Assembly (NCBI GenBank): GCA_019058245.1
Contig: JAHPZJ010000013.1
Location: 201,166-265,165, forward strand
DNA: 64,000 bases
Direction: 5' to 3'
From: Promethearchaeota archaeon
GTDB lineage: Archaea; Asgardarchaeota; Lokiarchaeia; Sigyniarchaeales; SOKP01
Program-made: the position numbers and the translations under genes
Notes under the pieces: generated by a model
What the model was told of the DNA's origin: nothing
Databases searched by the model: none
The model's input: only the letters and a program-made list of their open reading frames with translations
Shown here: in pieces, positions 49,435-59,482 of the stretch
Position numbering within the stretch: the first letter of the stretch is position 1
Layout of the letters: each line of letters starts with the position of its first letter

Positions 49435-51078
49435 GTGAGAATTATAAGTTTAAATGAATTGACCCCAAAGCAAGGTTATTGCTTATCGATATTATCTGCG
49501 ATATTATTATTATTAAGTTTTCCACCTTTTGAATTTGGAATGTTCTTGGGATGGATTGTTTATGTACCTATTTTATTGGCAGTGTATTTTGAGACGGAAG
49601 TGAAGCGAGTAAAGAGGATGGTTATGATTGCTAGTTTAGGTGCACTACCAGTATCCTTGGGTTTCAGTTGGTGGGTTTTAGATATGCTAAGAATTGTTTT
49701 TCCCCAGGCTCCAATATGGTTAAAAATCCCGGTATTTATTTTAGGTATCATAGTATGCATTGTTCTAACCAGAATCTTTGTGGAAATTATTACTAGATTA
49801 TGGCAACCAAAATCGCGTCCATCAGCAATAAAGATCACAAGATTCTTGCCATCAAATTTAGCAATCATAATAATACCAATTGCATTTACTTCTATAGAAT
49901 TTATAGCATTAAACATTCCTGGATTAATGAGAATTACAGGAATTTATGGGTTCTTTTCTATGGCGAAGACTCAATGGAAAAATATCCCAATATTGCAAAT
50001 AGCGTCATTTACGGGAATATATGGGATAACCTTTCTTGTGATAATAGTAAATTGTTCAATTACTTTATTTATTATTCATTATAAAAAAGTTAAGAAAATT
50101 TATAAACCCTCGATAATAATATTTTGCTTATTTCCATTCTTTCATTTGTACGGTTTCATTATAACTCCAAGTCGAAGTGATGGAAGTGTAACTATTGCTG
50201 TTTTACAAATGCCTCCTCAAGGAGAGAATACTTATAATAATTATTTTGATTTAAGTAATGAATCATTAAAATATAATCCGGATATAATAATTCTACCAGG
50301 ACTCATGCTTGATGGATTAATAATTGATGAGGGATTTATTAATTTCAGTAGTTCCAATAATGTTTATATAACTGGATTTGTTGAAAATTTAGGCTATTAT
50401 GGAATTGTCAGCCCAGATGGGGATCTAAAGGTTGATAACTTTGGATATCATCTCGCTACAATTCCTAATGATCTAATTTCCTTAAATATTTTAAGATTAT
50501 TTTTTCCTAAAGTAAATAGTTTAGAATTTGATATTGGTTCTTTTGCTGTTACTGATTGCTTTGAGTCAGGACTTCCTTTAGCAGCTAGGGACAGAGTAAG
50601 AAAAGGCGCAGAAATTTTATTAGTCCCAACAGGAAGTCCAAATGTTCAAGCCTTTTCATGGCTATTAAAAATAAATGCTATTTTTCGAGCTGTTGAAAAT
50701 CATATTTACACAGTTGAGGTAGTAGGAGATTATGACTCATCTATTATAATAGACCCTTATGGTAGAGTCATAAATGATATAGCTCCCGAAAAAAACATCA
50801 TCGTTGGAACAATATCATTTATTAATCAAAGAACCTTTTATTCGACATTTGGGGATATTTTTGGATGGATTATAGTCATTTGTTTCATAATCCTAGTAAT
50901 CTATAATTTTAAAATTAAAAAAAAAAGCACCTTTAAGTACTGTATAGAGTGTGAAAGTAAAATCGAAAAAACTGCTGAAACTTGTAATATTTGTGGTTCA
51001 AATCAAGAAAGACCTCCTCTTTGGAAGCGAATTATACTTCATGAATATTATGAGCATAAAAGGAAAAAATCAAAATAA
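49435..51078 (+). CDS. Apolipoprotein N-acyltransferase (Lnt)-like membrane CN-hydrolase with C-terminal zinc ribbon
   Basis: LLSFPPF, LQIASFTGIYGITFL, DCFES, FRAVEN, SIIIDPYGRV, TFYSTFGDIFGW; CIEC..CNICG tail. Confidence 0.8.
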   Translation: MRIISLNELTPKQGYCLSILSAILLLLSFPPFEFGMFLGWIVYVPILLAVYFETEVKRVKRMVMIASLGALPVSLGFSWWVLDMLRIVFPQAPIWLKIPVFILGIIVCIVLTRIFVEIITRLWQPKSRPSAIKITRFLPSNLAIIIIPIAFTSIEFIALNIPGLMRITGIYGFFSMAKTQWKNIPILQIASFTGIYGITFLVIIVNCSITLFIIHYKKVKKIYKPSIIIFCLFPFFHLYGFIITPSRSDGSVTIAVLQMPPQGENTYNNYFDLSNESLKYNPDIIILPGLMLDGLIIDEGFINFSSSNNVYITGFVENLGYYGIVSPDGDLKVDNFGYHLATIPNDLISLNILRLFFPKVNSLEFDIGSFAVTDCFESGLPLAARDRVRKGAEILLVPTGSPNVQAFSWLLKINAIFRAVENHIYTVEVVGDYDSSIIIDPYGRVINDIAPEKNIIVGTISFINQRTFYSTFGDIFGWIIVICFIILVIYNFKIKKKSTFKYCIECESKIEKTAETCNICGSNQERPPLWKRIILHEYYEHKRKKSK

Positions 51079-51168
51079 TCTTTTTTTCTTGATATGCAAC
51101 AATTGAAATCAGGATTAACAAACCTTAAAAATGAAATGCAGATTATGAAAATTTCGTTTTTCTATTTT

Positions 51169-51732
51169 TTATTTTTTTATTTCTGACTCTTCTTCCTGTA
51201 AAAGAGTCCATTTTATAGCAATTCCGGTAACACATAATCCTGCCATAAGAATATAACAATTAAAAGAAATGAAAACAATCCATAAAATACCAGATAAAAG
51301 TGGGGTAATACTCGTATTATATAATGCGGTCTGAAAACGAATTGAATCAGATATAGTTGTGATTTTAGTTTTTCCCAAAAGTACCAAAAAATTCATTTTT
51401 ACAAATCCACCTAATAAAATAGTCATTCCAATGATTATCATATATTTCGCTAATGCCCTACTTTCAAAAGTTTTTGTTTGAATTATCTTAAACATAAAAA
51501 TTCCAAGAATTAGATAGCATATCGTTGTAATTATTAAGAATATCCATAATATGGTTCCAGAAATTGGGAACATTTCAGCAGAAAACATAATTTCTGATAA
51601 AAGAAGTGAATCACTAGTTAGAGTGAATATTGTGAAATGTAATATAATGAAAAAAACAATCTCGACCAATGAAACGATTATAAATATCAAACCAACGATT
51701 TGAATAAATTTAAGAATTTTATCATGTTTCAT
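51169..51732 (-). CDS. Four-TM hypothetical membrane protein
   Basis: Four hydrophobic segments in a 187-aa ORF. Confidence 0.7.
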   Translation of the reverse strand: MKHDKILKFIQIVGLIFIIVSLVEIVFFIILHFTIFTLTSDSLLLSEIMFSAEMFPISGTILWIFLIITTICYLILGIFMFKIIQTKTFESRALAKYMIIIGMTILLGGFVKMNFLVLLGKTKITTISDSIRFQTALYNTSITPLLSGILWIVFISFNCYILMAGLCVTGIAIKWTLLQEEESEIKK

Positions 51733-51891
51733 TTTTAAATCACTTCTATATTATTTAAAAGCAAGAAAAATTTTTATTGTATTTATTATCTTTATACTTA
51801 TTATTGTTTTTGAAATTAATACAAATTTTTAATATTATTGGTTTTTATATAATTCAATTTTTTTAAATAATAAGATTGGATTGATTTTTAA

Positions 51892-52863
51892 TTGAAGAAA
51901 AAGTTAAGCTCGGATTCAGAAATTTTAAAATGTTCTCATCAAAATGTCAAAAAAGATAGTGGATTTTACGTTTGCCAAGATTGTGGTTTAATTATGGAAA
52001 ATAAATTGGCATTTGAGGATTCCGCACCATCTAGTGGATTCTTTACGGACTCACAAAGAGAATATGAACGAAGTATCCGAGTTGGTGATTCCAAAGCACT
52101 CCAAGATCCAATAATAAAAGAAAAATATAGTCGAATTAAAACACTCGAAAAATGGTTTAGAGATTACGAATCTGATTTTACTGAGCAGAAGAAATCGATC
52201 GAGTTACTAAAAAGCCATAGTATTGGATTAAATATCGATCATACAAGATATAAAGGAATTAAAGATAGATATTTAAAATACAACAAATATCATCGCCATA
52301 ATTATCAAAATATGGTAATAATTTTCCTTGCGATTGTTTGGATGGATATAAAAGATACTACAACTATTAGAATCGAAGAATTTATTAAAGTATCAAGAGA
52401 ATTAGGACACAAGATAAATAAAAAAATGCTAAATAATGCAATGTTAAAAGTGAAAAGAACTGAAAATATGCTTAAAAGTAAAAAATCTAATCTAGATTTA
52501 GAGAAAGAAATCAAAAATAGAATAAAAATTGTATTTCAGAAAGATTTAAACAATATTCCATACCAAAAAATACAGGAACATATTACAGATAAACATGAGT
52601 TTGAAAAAATCAAAATGGAAATGTTATTATTAGTTGATAAAATACTTAATAAAATTAACTATAAACAGATTCAAAATCTTAATTATAAAGCATTTACAGC
52701 TGGTTTGATTTATTATATCGGACAAACACTTGATAATAAAAAAATATTTACTCAAAGTATAATTGAGAAAACAACGAAATTTTCAAGTACGACTATTAGA
52801 AAGAAATATCATGTGTTAAAAGATCTAATGGGAGATCCTCAAACGCTTAAAGCCCGAATTTAA
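51892..52863 (+). CDS. Divergent TFB/TFIIB-like protein
   Basis: CSH..FYVCQDCG Zn ribbon; FTAGLIYYIG..FTQSIIEKTTKFSSTTIRKKY C-terminal cyclin/HTH pattern. Confidence 0.75.
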   Translation: MKKKLSSDSEILKCSHQNVKKDSGFYVCQDCGLIMENKLAFEDSAPSSGFFTDSQREYERSIRVGDSKALQDPIIKEKYSRIKTLEKWFRDYESDFTEQKKSIELLKSHSIGLNIDHTRYKGIKDRYLKYNKYHRHNYQNMVIIFLAIVWMDIKDTTTIRIEEFIKVSRELGHKINKKMLNNAMLKVKRTENMLKSKKSNLDLEKEIKNRIKIVFQKDLNNIPYQKIQEHITDKHEFEKIKMEMLLLVDKILNKINYKQIQNLNYKAFTAGLIYYIGQTLDNKKIFTQSIIEKTTKFSSTTIRKKYHVLKDLMGDPQTLKARI

Positions 52864-52950
52864 GATTTTTTTCTTGATTCTAATTCATTAATAAGCATTG
52901 AAATAATATTATATAATATTTAAATCAAAATCTTAGTTAAAATAATTAAG

Positions 52951-55830
52951 ATGTCATCCTTAGAAAAAAAATATGTTCCATATTATTATAATCAAACTAT
53001 TGAAGAGTTAATTAAAACTTTCAATACGGATATTAATAATGGAGTAAATTCTTCTGAATTAAGTGAGAGACATCTAAAATATGGATATAATGAAATATCG
53101 AGAATTAAAAAATCCATATGGAAAATTTATTTAGCACCGATTTTTAATTTTTTAATTGTAATTTTATTGGTTACGGGTATCATAATAGTTATTTTAGGCG
53201 CCATTGGAGACACTGTAATAACTTTTAGTGTTGTTGTAATCAATTCCGCTACTGCTATAATTCAGCAATTTAGAGCTCAAAAAGCTTTAGAATCTTTAAG
53301 AGAAATTTCGGGCTTAAAAGCAACAGTTTTACGGGATGCTAATCAATATGAAATTGATACAAGAGATTTAATTCCGGGGGATATAGTTATATTAGAACAA
53401 GGAGATAAAATACCTGCTGATGGGAGAATAATAAAAGAAATGAATTTAACTGTCGATGAAGCTCCATTAACAGGCGAAAGTGAACCTGTAGAAAAAAATA
53501 GTAAATCTATAGAGGAAATGGAACTTACAATTCAAAAACAATCAAATATGGTATTTATGGGTACCTATGTTCAAACTGGTCGAGCAAAAGAATTAGTAAC
53601 TGGAATTGGGATGAACACCGAAATTGGAAAAATTTCTCAAACCTTAAATGAAATGGGTAGTATTGAAGATATTCCTTTAACAAGAAAATTAAACAGATTA
53701 GGGTATATTTTAGGGACGATTGTTATTATTAATTTAATTGTTTTAATAATTTATAAACTTTCATGGCTACAGATTGAAGGAAACTTCATTCAAAGTCGAA
53801 TTATTGATGCTTTAGTAGATTCTATATTACGAGCGATGAATATTGTGCCTATTAATTTACCATTATTATCTACTTTAGTCCTAATCACTGGAGTTCTTAC
53901 AATGGCGCAACAAGGAGTTATAATCAAAAATCTATCAGCTATAGAGTCTCTTGGACGTGTATCTGTTATATGTTCAGATAAAACTGGAACAATAACAAAA
54001 AATGAGATGACTGTTGAAAAATTTTGGATAAACGAAAAAGAATATGAAGTTACTGGTTCTGGATATGATGCAGAAGGAGAAATTTTAAAAAATGGTAATC
54101 AAATTGAATTAGAAAAGAACGCTACATTTCAAATGTTTATTGATTCTATGGTTGTGAATAATAATGCAAGTCTAGTATTCGAAGATGTAAAAGTAAGATT
54201 AAGAGATTTAAAAGAAAAGGCAATAAGAAAAGCATTAGGATCACCTACAGAAGCCGCGTTATTAGTATTAGCTGAAAAAGTTGGTTATTTTACATATGAT
54301 CTCAAAAATAATTATGAAGTAACCGCTGAATTTTCTTTTAGTTCTGAATCCAAAAAGATGACGTCAATTTGTAAACTGATTTCAGAAGATTCAAATCTTT
54401 ATGCTTTTTCAAAAGGAGCACCTGAAAGAATTTTACAAATTTGCTCTCAAATTGAAATAAACGGTATTCTTAAATCTTTTGAAGACAATTATAAAATCCA
54501 AATTTCTAATAATATAGATGATCAAGCTAAAAAAGGATTTAGAACATTAGCAATAGCATATAAAAAATTAAATTCAAATATTAATGAAAAAAGAGAAGAA
54601 ATTGAGAAAGATTTAATCTTTTTAGGATTTGTCTCAATTATGGATCCCCCTCGAGAAGGAGTTAGAGATTCTATTGAAATTTGCAGAAAAGGTGGCATAA
54701 AAGTAATAATGATTACTGGTGATCATCCTGCTACAGCTCAAACAATAGCCTCCCAAATGGGCATCTTTTCTGAAAAGAATTTAGTAGCAACCGGAGAACA
54801 AATCAAAAATATGGATCTATTAGAGTTCAATAAAACCACGGTTTTCGCACGTGTAGAACCAACTGATAAAGAGGTTATAGTTGAAAATTACCAAAATCAA
54901 AATTATATTTGCGCTATGACTGGAGATGGTATAAATGACGCACCTGCATTGAAGCTTGCTAATGCGGGAATCTCTATGGGAATAACAGGAACGGATCTTG
55001 CTAAAGAAGCTTCGGATATGGTAATCACGGATGATAATTTCGTATCAATTAAACAAGGAGTTAAAATTGGAAGAGGAATTTTTGCAAAAATAAGAACCAT
55101 TATTTTCTTCTTTATTTGTACAAATATAATGGAAGGTATCATCTTTTTTGCTTTTGAAATGCTCCAACCATTTACTGGATTTGAATTATTTTCCTCAAAT
55201 TGGCAACATATCTATATTTTTGGAATTTTACATTCCCTTCCCTCCTTAGCATTAGTTTTAGATATTCATCCAAAAGATATTATGAATGAACCTCCTAGAA
55301 ATGAAGAAGAATTATTAAATAAGAATTTATGGGTATTTTTACTAATTCAAGCTTTCCTTGGAGGTTTAGGATTAGTTTTAGCATTACTATTACCATTAAG
55401 TGGTTTAATTCCCTTGAATTCTTGGAATCTAAATGACTCCTTAAGTTATATTCCCACTGGAGCATCTGAAATATATATGCTACATATGAAAGCAAGAACT
55501 ATGTTTATAACAACAATTTATATCTTTGAATCATTCTTTATTTGGACGTTTAGACGTCCAAATAAATCATTATATAAGAGTATAAAGGAAGAATTAAGTT
55601 ATACGTTATTACTTATATGTCTTTTTACATTAGGCTTACACATTCTTTTTATATGCTTTTCTTATTTAGCTAATCATTACGTGAATAATGTATTTGGGTT
55701 AGGCTTGCAGATTAACTTCATTTTCCTCAGTGGAACAGATTGGATAATATGTTTTTTACTTACATTACCTGGTATATTAGGAATTGAACTATTTAAATAC
55801 TTAGCTAGAGAGAAGCAAATTTATTTTTAA
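52951..55830 (+). CDS. P-type ATPase, type II-like scaffold with atypical M4 motif (PINL)
   Basis: TGES, DKTGT, KGAPE, DPPR, TGD, GDGIND; M4 IVPINLP. Confidence 0.93.
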   Translation: MSSLEKKYVPYYYNQTIEELIKTFNTDINNGVNSSELSERHLKYGYNEISRIKKSIWKIYLAPIFNFLIVILLVTGIIIVILGAIGDTVITFSVVVINSATAIIQQFRAQKALESLREISGLKATVLRDANQYEIDTRDLIPGDIVILEQGDKIPADGRIIKEMNLTVDEAPLTGESEPVEKNSKSIEEMELTIQKQSNMVFMGTYVQTGRAKELVTGIGMNTEIGKISQTLNEMGSIEDIPLTRKLNRLGYILGTIVIINLIVLIIYKLSWLQIEGNFIQSRIIDALVDSILRAMNIVPINLPLLSTLVLITGVLTMAQQGVIIKNLSAIESLGRVSVICSDKTGTITKNEMTVEKFWINEKEYEVTGSGYDAEGEILKNGNQIELEKNATFQMFIDSMVVNNNASLVFEDVKVRLRDLKEKAIRKALGSPTEAALLVLAEKVGYFTYDLKNNYEVTAEFSFSSESKKMTSICKLISEDSNLYAFSKGAPERILQICSQIEINGILKSFEDNYKIQISNNIDDQAKKGFRTLAIAYKKLNSNINEKREEIEKDLIFLGFVSIMDPPREGVRDSIEICRKGGIKVIMITGDHPATAQTIASQMGIFSEKNLVATGEQIKNMDLLEFNKTTVFARVEPTDKEVIVENYQNQNYICAMTGDGINDAPALKLANAGISMGITGTDLAKEASDMVITDDNFVSIKQGVKIGRGIFAKIRTIIFFFICTNIMEGIIFFAFEMLQPFTGFELFSSNWQHIYIFGILHSLPSLALVLDIHPKDIMNEPPRNEEELLNKNLWVFLLIQAFLGGLGLVLALLLPLSGLIPLNSWNLNDSLSYIPTGASEIYMLHMKARTMFITTIYIFESFFIWTFRRPNKSLYKSIKEELSYTLLLICLFTLGLHILFICFSYLANHYVNNVFGLGLQINFIFLSGTDWIICFLLTLPGILGIELFKYLAREKQIYF

Positions 55831-55970
55831 TGAGAAATTATCTTATTTTACCTTTTAATAATCTTATGATATCTTTAAATTAAATGGTTATTATAGGTTA
55901 TTTATTAAATTAAATAGATAGAAGATTTCAATAATCATTAATTATTCTCAATAATTCTGGAAGATTTATT

Positions 55971-58853
55971 ATGGAAATTACAGATGAAAATTACTACAAT
56001 ATTGAATTAGATCAAATTTATCAAAAATTTCAAACCAATTCTGAAACAGGATTAACTCAACAAGAAGCTAATAAACGATTAGAAAAGTATGGATATAATG
56101 AGATTCCTAAAGTCTCTAAAGGATTTATTAAAATCTATTTAGCACCTTTATTTAACTGGCTTATAGTCATTTATTTAATTGGCGCACTGATCTTATTTTT
56201 AGCATGGGTGTTTGGAGGAGGAGGAAATGTTGCTTTTATTATAATTACTTTAGGAATTGTATTATTGAATTGCATAGTTGCTATAATTCAACAATATAGA
56301 GCCACAAAAAAACTTAAAGCTCTACGCGAATTAACAGCACCCACCTCAACAATTATTAGAGACGGACAAAAAAGAGAAGTTCCTACCAAAGAAATTGTAG
56401 TTGGTGATTTATTAGTTTTAGAGCAAGGTGATAAAATACCTGCTGACGCTAGAATTATTCAATCTTATAACATGGTTGTTAATGAGGCTTCATTAACTGG
56501 AGAATCTGAGCCTGTAAGAAAAGTTGAAGTAGGAAAAGCACTCCAGAAAAAAGATATTTCTATAGGAGAACGTAACAATATGGTTTTTTATGGAACTTAT
56601 ATTTCAACTGGGAATGGTAAATCAATTGTGGTTAAAACTGGTGGAGATACAGAAATCGGAAAAATATCTCATGGATTAGAAGAAGCTGGAACAAGTGAGA
56701 TACCAATTAGAGAGAAGATGAACAATTTTGGAAAATGGTTAGGATTAATTATATTTATTTTTTGGTTTATCACTTTAATAATACTCTGGTTAGCAACTGG
56801 AGAAGCAAATATTGTAAAGAGTATGAATTCTGCGCTCGATCTTATGCCATTAAACATACCACTGCTTACAACTATCGTTTTAATAACAGGAGTCTTAGCT
56901 ATGGCACATTATGGAGTAATTATTAGAAATCTTGCATCTGTAGATAGTTTAGGACGTGTAAGCGTAGTCTGTTCAGATAAAACAGGAACTTTAACTAAAA
57001 ATCAAATGTCAATTCAACATGTCTGGACAAATGGTTCAATTTTTAGAATTACTGGTAGTGGTTATACTCCTGATGGAGAAATCATTTTAATGAATGACCC
57101 AAAAAATCCAATTTATGTAAAACACATTGATGAATTTCCTTATTTAAAGTTATTGTTAACAGCAGGATTTTTAAATAACAATTCTGCATTAATTAAAAAT
57201 GAATTAGAGATTTCTGGGAAAACTATCCCTAATTGGAATGTGGTTGGTTCTCCTACAGAAGGAGCATTAATGGTATTATATCAAAAAGGAATGGGAGATT
57301 ATCTTCTTGATGATTATGAATCTATAACTGAATATCCTTTTGATTCTTCATTAAAAAGAATGACAAAGCTTTATAAACGAGATCACGCTTATTATTCTTT
57401 TACAAAAGGTGCGAGTGAAATACTAATTCCTCAATGTACAAAAATCTTATACAATGATGCTGAAATTGGTTTCAGTGAAGAAATTAAAAGTAAAGTATTG
57501 GAAATTGTAAATCTTTATGCAAATCAAGGTTTTCGTATATTGAGTTTGTGTTATAAAGTGATGGATATAATTCCACCTGAAGGAGAGAAAGGAAGAGAAA
57601 TAAGCGAATCTGATATGATATATATTGGTTTTGTTACTATCCAAGATCCACCGCGAGAAGGTGTTAAGGAATCTGTAATAGAATGTCATGAAGCTGGAGT
57701 TGATGTTATTATGATCACAGGGGATTCTCCTGCTACAGCAAGAGCGATTGCCACACAAATTGGGATTGTATCTAGTGAAAATGATACTGTTATTGAAGGG
57801 ATAAAAATAAAAGAAATCGAGTCATATAAACAATTCAATCCAATTAAAGTGTTTGCGAGAGTCTCTCCAGAACATAAAGAAGATATTGTAGAAAAATATC
57901 AGGAACAAAATAAAGTAGTAGCAATGACAGGTGATGGTGTTAATGATGCTTTAGCTTTAAATATGGCAGATGTAGGAATCGCAATGGGCATCACGGGTAC
58001 AGATGTAGCTAAAGAAGCTTCTGATATGGTTATTTCAGATGATTCGTTTAACTCAATCGTAACTGGTATCCATCATGGCAGAGGGATTTTTGCCAGAATT
58101 CGAGCTTTGGTTTTCTTTTACATAGTTATTAATATTTTTGAAGGGATAGTTCAATTTATTTTAGCGGTAATTTTTTCCCTACCCTTTTGGGTTGATCCAG
58201 CATCACCATTTTATTATCAATGGATTTTTCTCACGATAACTCTTCATACATTTCCAGGTTTGATTCTTACCTTTGATACAACTTCAGATGATGTTATGAA
58301 AGAAAAACCACGTGATTCAGAAGAAATACTTTCAAAAAATATTTTTATTCTGTTATTTATATTTGGAATGTTGATGGCTATAAGCATGGTAATAGTATAT
58401 TACATTACATTCAGCGGAATTTATGAGGTTGTTAATGCTAACATAGATTTTGGTTCATTTAATGATGCATATCTTTATGGAGGATCGGATCTTGTAGCAG
58501 ATCTTCCGCTATTGAGACAAGCAAAAACCTTAACAATGCTTATGTTAACCTTATTTTTCTGTGAATCCTTTTTAGTATTCCAAATTAGGCGTCCTAATAA
58601 ATCATTAATAAAAAGCTTAATTGAAGATCGAAATAAATTTATGTTTATTCTAATTGGCTTTTTATTTTTTGTATTTATCGCCTTATTATACATCCCTGGT
58701 GTTCAAGTTTTTTTAGCTGATTCCGGAATTAATTTTATGTTTATGTATCTAACGGGATTAGACTGGTTGGTATGTTTCCTAATCTCGCTAATTTGCATAG
58801 CCTCATTTGAAATTGTGAAATTTATCGCTCGTAGAAAGAATATCACTTTTTAA
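55971..58853 (+). CDS. P-type ATPase, tandem paralog with atypical M4 motif (PLNI)
   Basis: TGES, DKTGT, KGASE, DPPR, TGD, GDGVND; M4 LMPLNIP. Confidence 0.93.
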   Translation: MEITDENYYNIELDQIYQKFQTNSETGLTQQEANKRLEKYGYNEIPKVSKGFIKIYLAPLFNWLIVIYLIGALILFLAWVFGGGGNVAFIIITLGIVLLNCIVAIIQQYRATKKLKALRELTAPTSTIIRDGQKREVPTKEIVVGDLLVLEQGDKIPADARIIQSYNMVVNEASLTGESEPVRKVEVGKALQKKDISIGERNNMVFYGTYISTGNGKSIVVKTGGDTEIGKISHGLEEAGTSEIPIREKMNNFGKWLGLIIFIFWFITLIILWLATGEANIVKSMNSALDLMPLNIPLLTTIVLITGVLAMAHYGVIIRNLASVDSLGRVSVVCSDKTGTLTKNQMSIQHVWTNGSIFRITGSGYTPDGEIILMNDPKNPIYVKHIDEFPYLKLLLTAGFLNNNSALIKNELEISGKTIPNWNVVGSPTEGALMVLYQKGMGDYLLDDYESITEYPFDSSLKRMTKLYKRDHAYYSFTKGASEILIPQCTKILYNDAEIGFSEEIKSKVLEIVNLYANQGFRILSLCYKVMDIIPPEGEKGREISESDMIYIGFVTIQDPPREGVKESVIECHEAGVDVIMITGDSPATARAIATQIGIVSSENDTVIEGIKIKEIESYKQFNPIKVFARVSPEHKEDIVEKYQEQNKVVAMTGDGVNDALALNMADVGIAMGITGTDVAKEASDMVISDDSFNSIVTGIHHGRGIFARIRALVFFYIVINIFEGIVQFILAVIFSLPFWVDPASPFYYQWIFLTITLHTFPGLILTFDTTSDDVMKEKPRDSEEILSKNIFILLFIFGMLMAISMVIVYYITFSGIYEVVNANIDFGSFNDAYLYGGSDLVADLPLLRQAKTLTMLMLTLFFCESFLVFQIRRPNKSLIKSLIEDRNKFMFILIGFLFFVFIALLYIPGVQVFLADSGINFMFMYLTGLDWLVCFLISLICIASFEIVKFIARRKNITF

Positions 58854-58933
58854 GATTTTTATTCTTTCCCTTCTTATTTTTTGATTTACTTATTTTAGAT
58901 AATTTTTTATTACAAACTTGATTTTTTTTCTCT

Positions 58934-59482
58934 ATGCTAAGAGGTCCCAGAATTAAATTAGTCCCTATTAAAAGGGAATATATTGAGTCATTTCTCAAAT
59001 GGGTTAACGACCCAGAAATTACTCAATATCTAATAATGTATCGTCCAATAACTAGAATGGCTGAGGAAGATTGGATTGAAAGCCTTAGAGAAGATAATGA
59101 AAGTATACATTTTTCTATAGTAATATTCCATGAAAATAAACTTGAAAAATTGATTGGAAATTGTGGATTAAACAATATTAATTGGAAAGACAGAATTGCT
59201 GAAGCGGGAATTGTTATTGGAGAAAAAGAGTATCATAATAAAGGATATGGAACAGAAGCATTGAATATTTTGTTAGAATATGGGTTTAACACGGTAAATT
59301 TAAACCGTATTGAATTGCTTGTTTATGAGTATAATACTAGAGCTATAAAATCTTATAAAAAAGTTGGATTTGTTGAAGAAGGACGAAAAAGGCAATTTAT
59401 CTGGAATGATGGAAAATATTATGATGCTCTTATAATGAGTATATTAGCTAAAGAATGGGAAGAAAAGAATAAAAAAGATTAA
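58934..59482 (+). CDS. RimJ/RimL-type GNAT acetyltransferase
   Basis: GIVIGEKEYHNKGYGTEA, NTRAIKSYKKVGFVEEG. Confidence 0.92.
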   Translation: MLRGPRIKLVPIKREYIESFLKWVNDPEITQYLIMYRPITRMAEEDWIESLREDNESIHFSIVIFHENKLEKLIGNCGLNNINWKDRIAEAGIVIGEKEYHNKGYGTEALNILLEYGFNTVNLNRIELLVYEYNTRAIKSYKKVGFVEEGRKRQFIWNDGKYYDALIMSILAKEWEEKNKKD

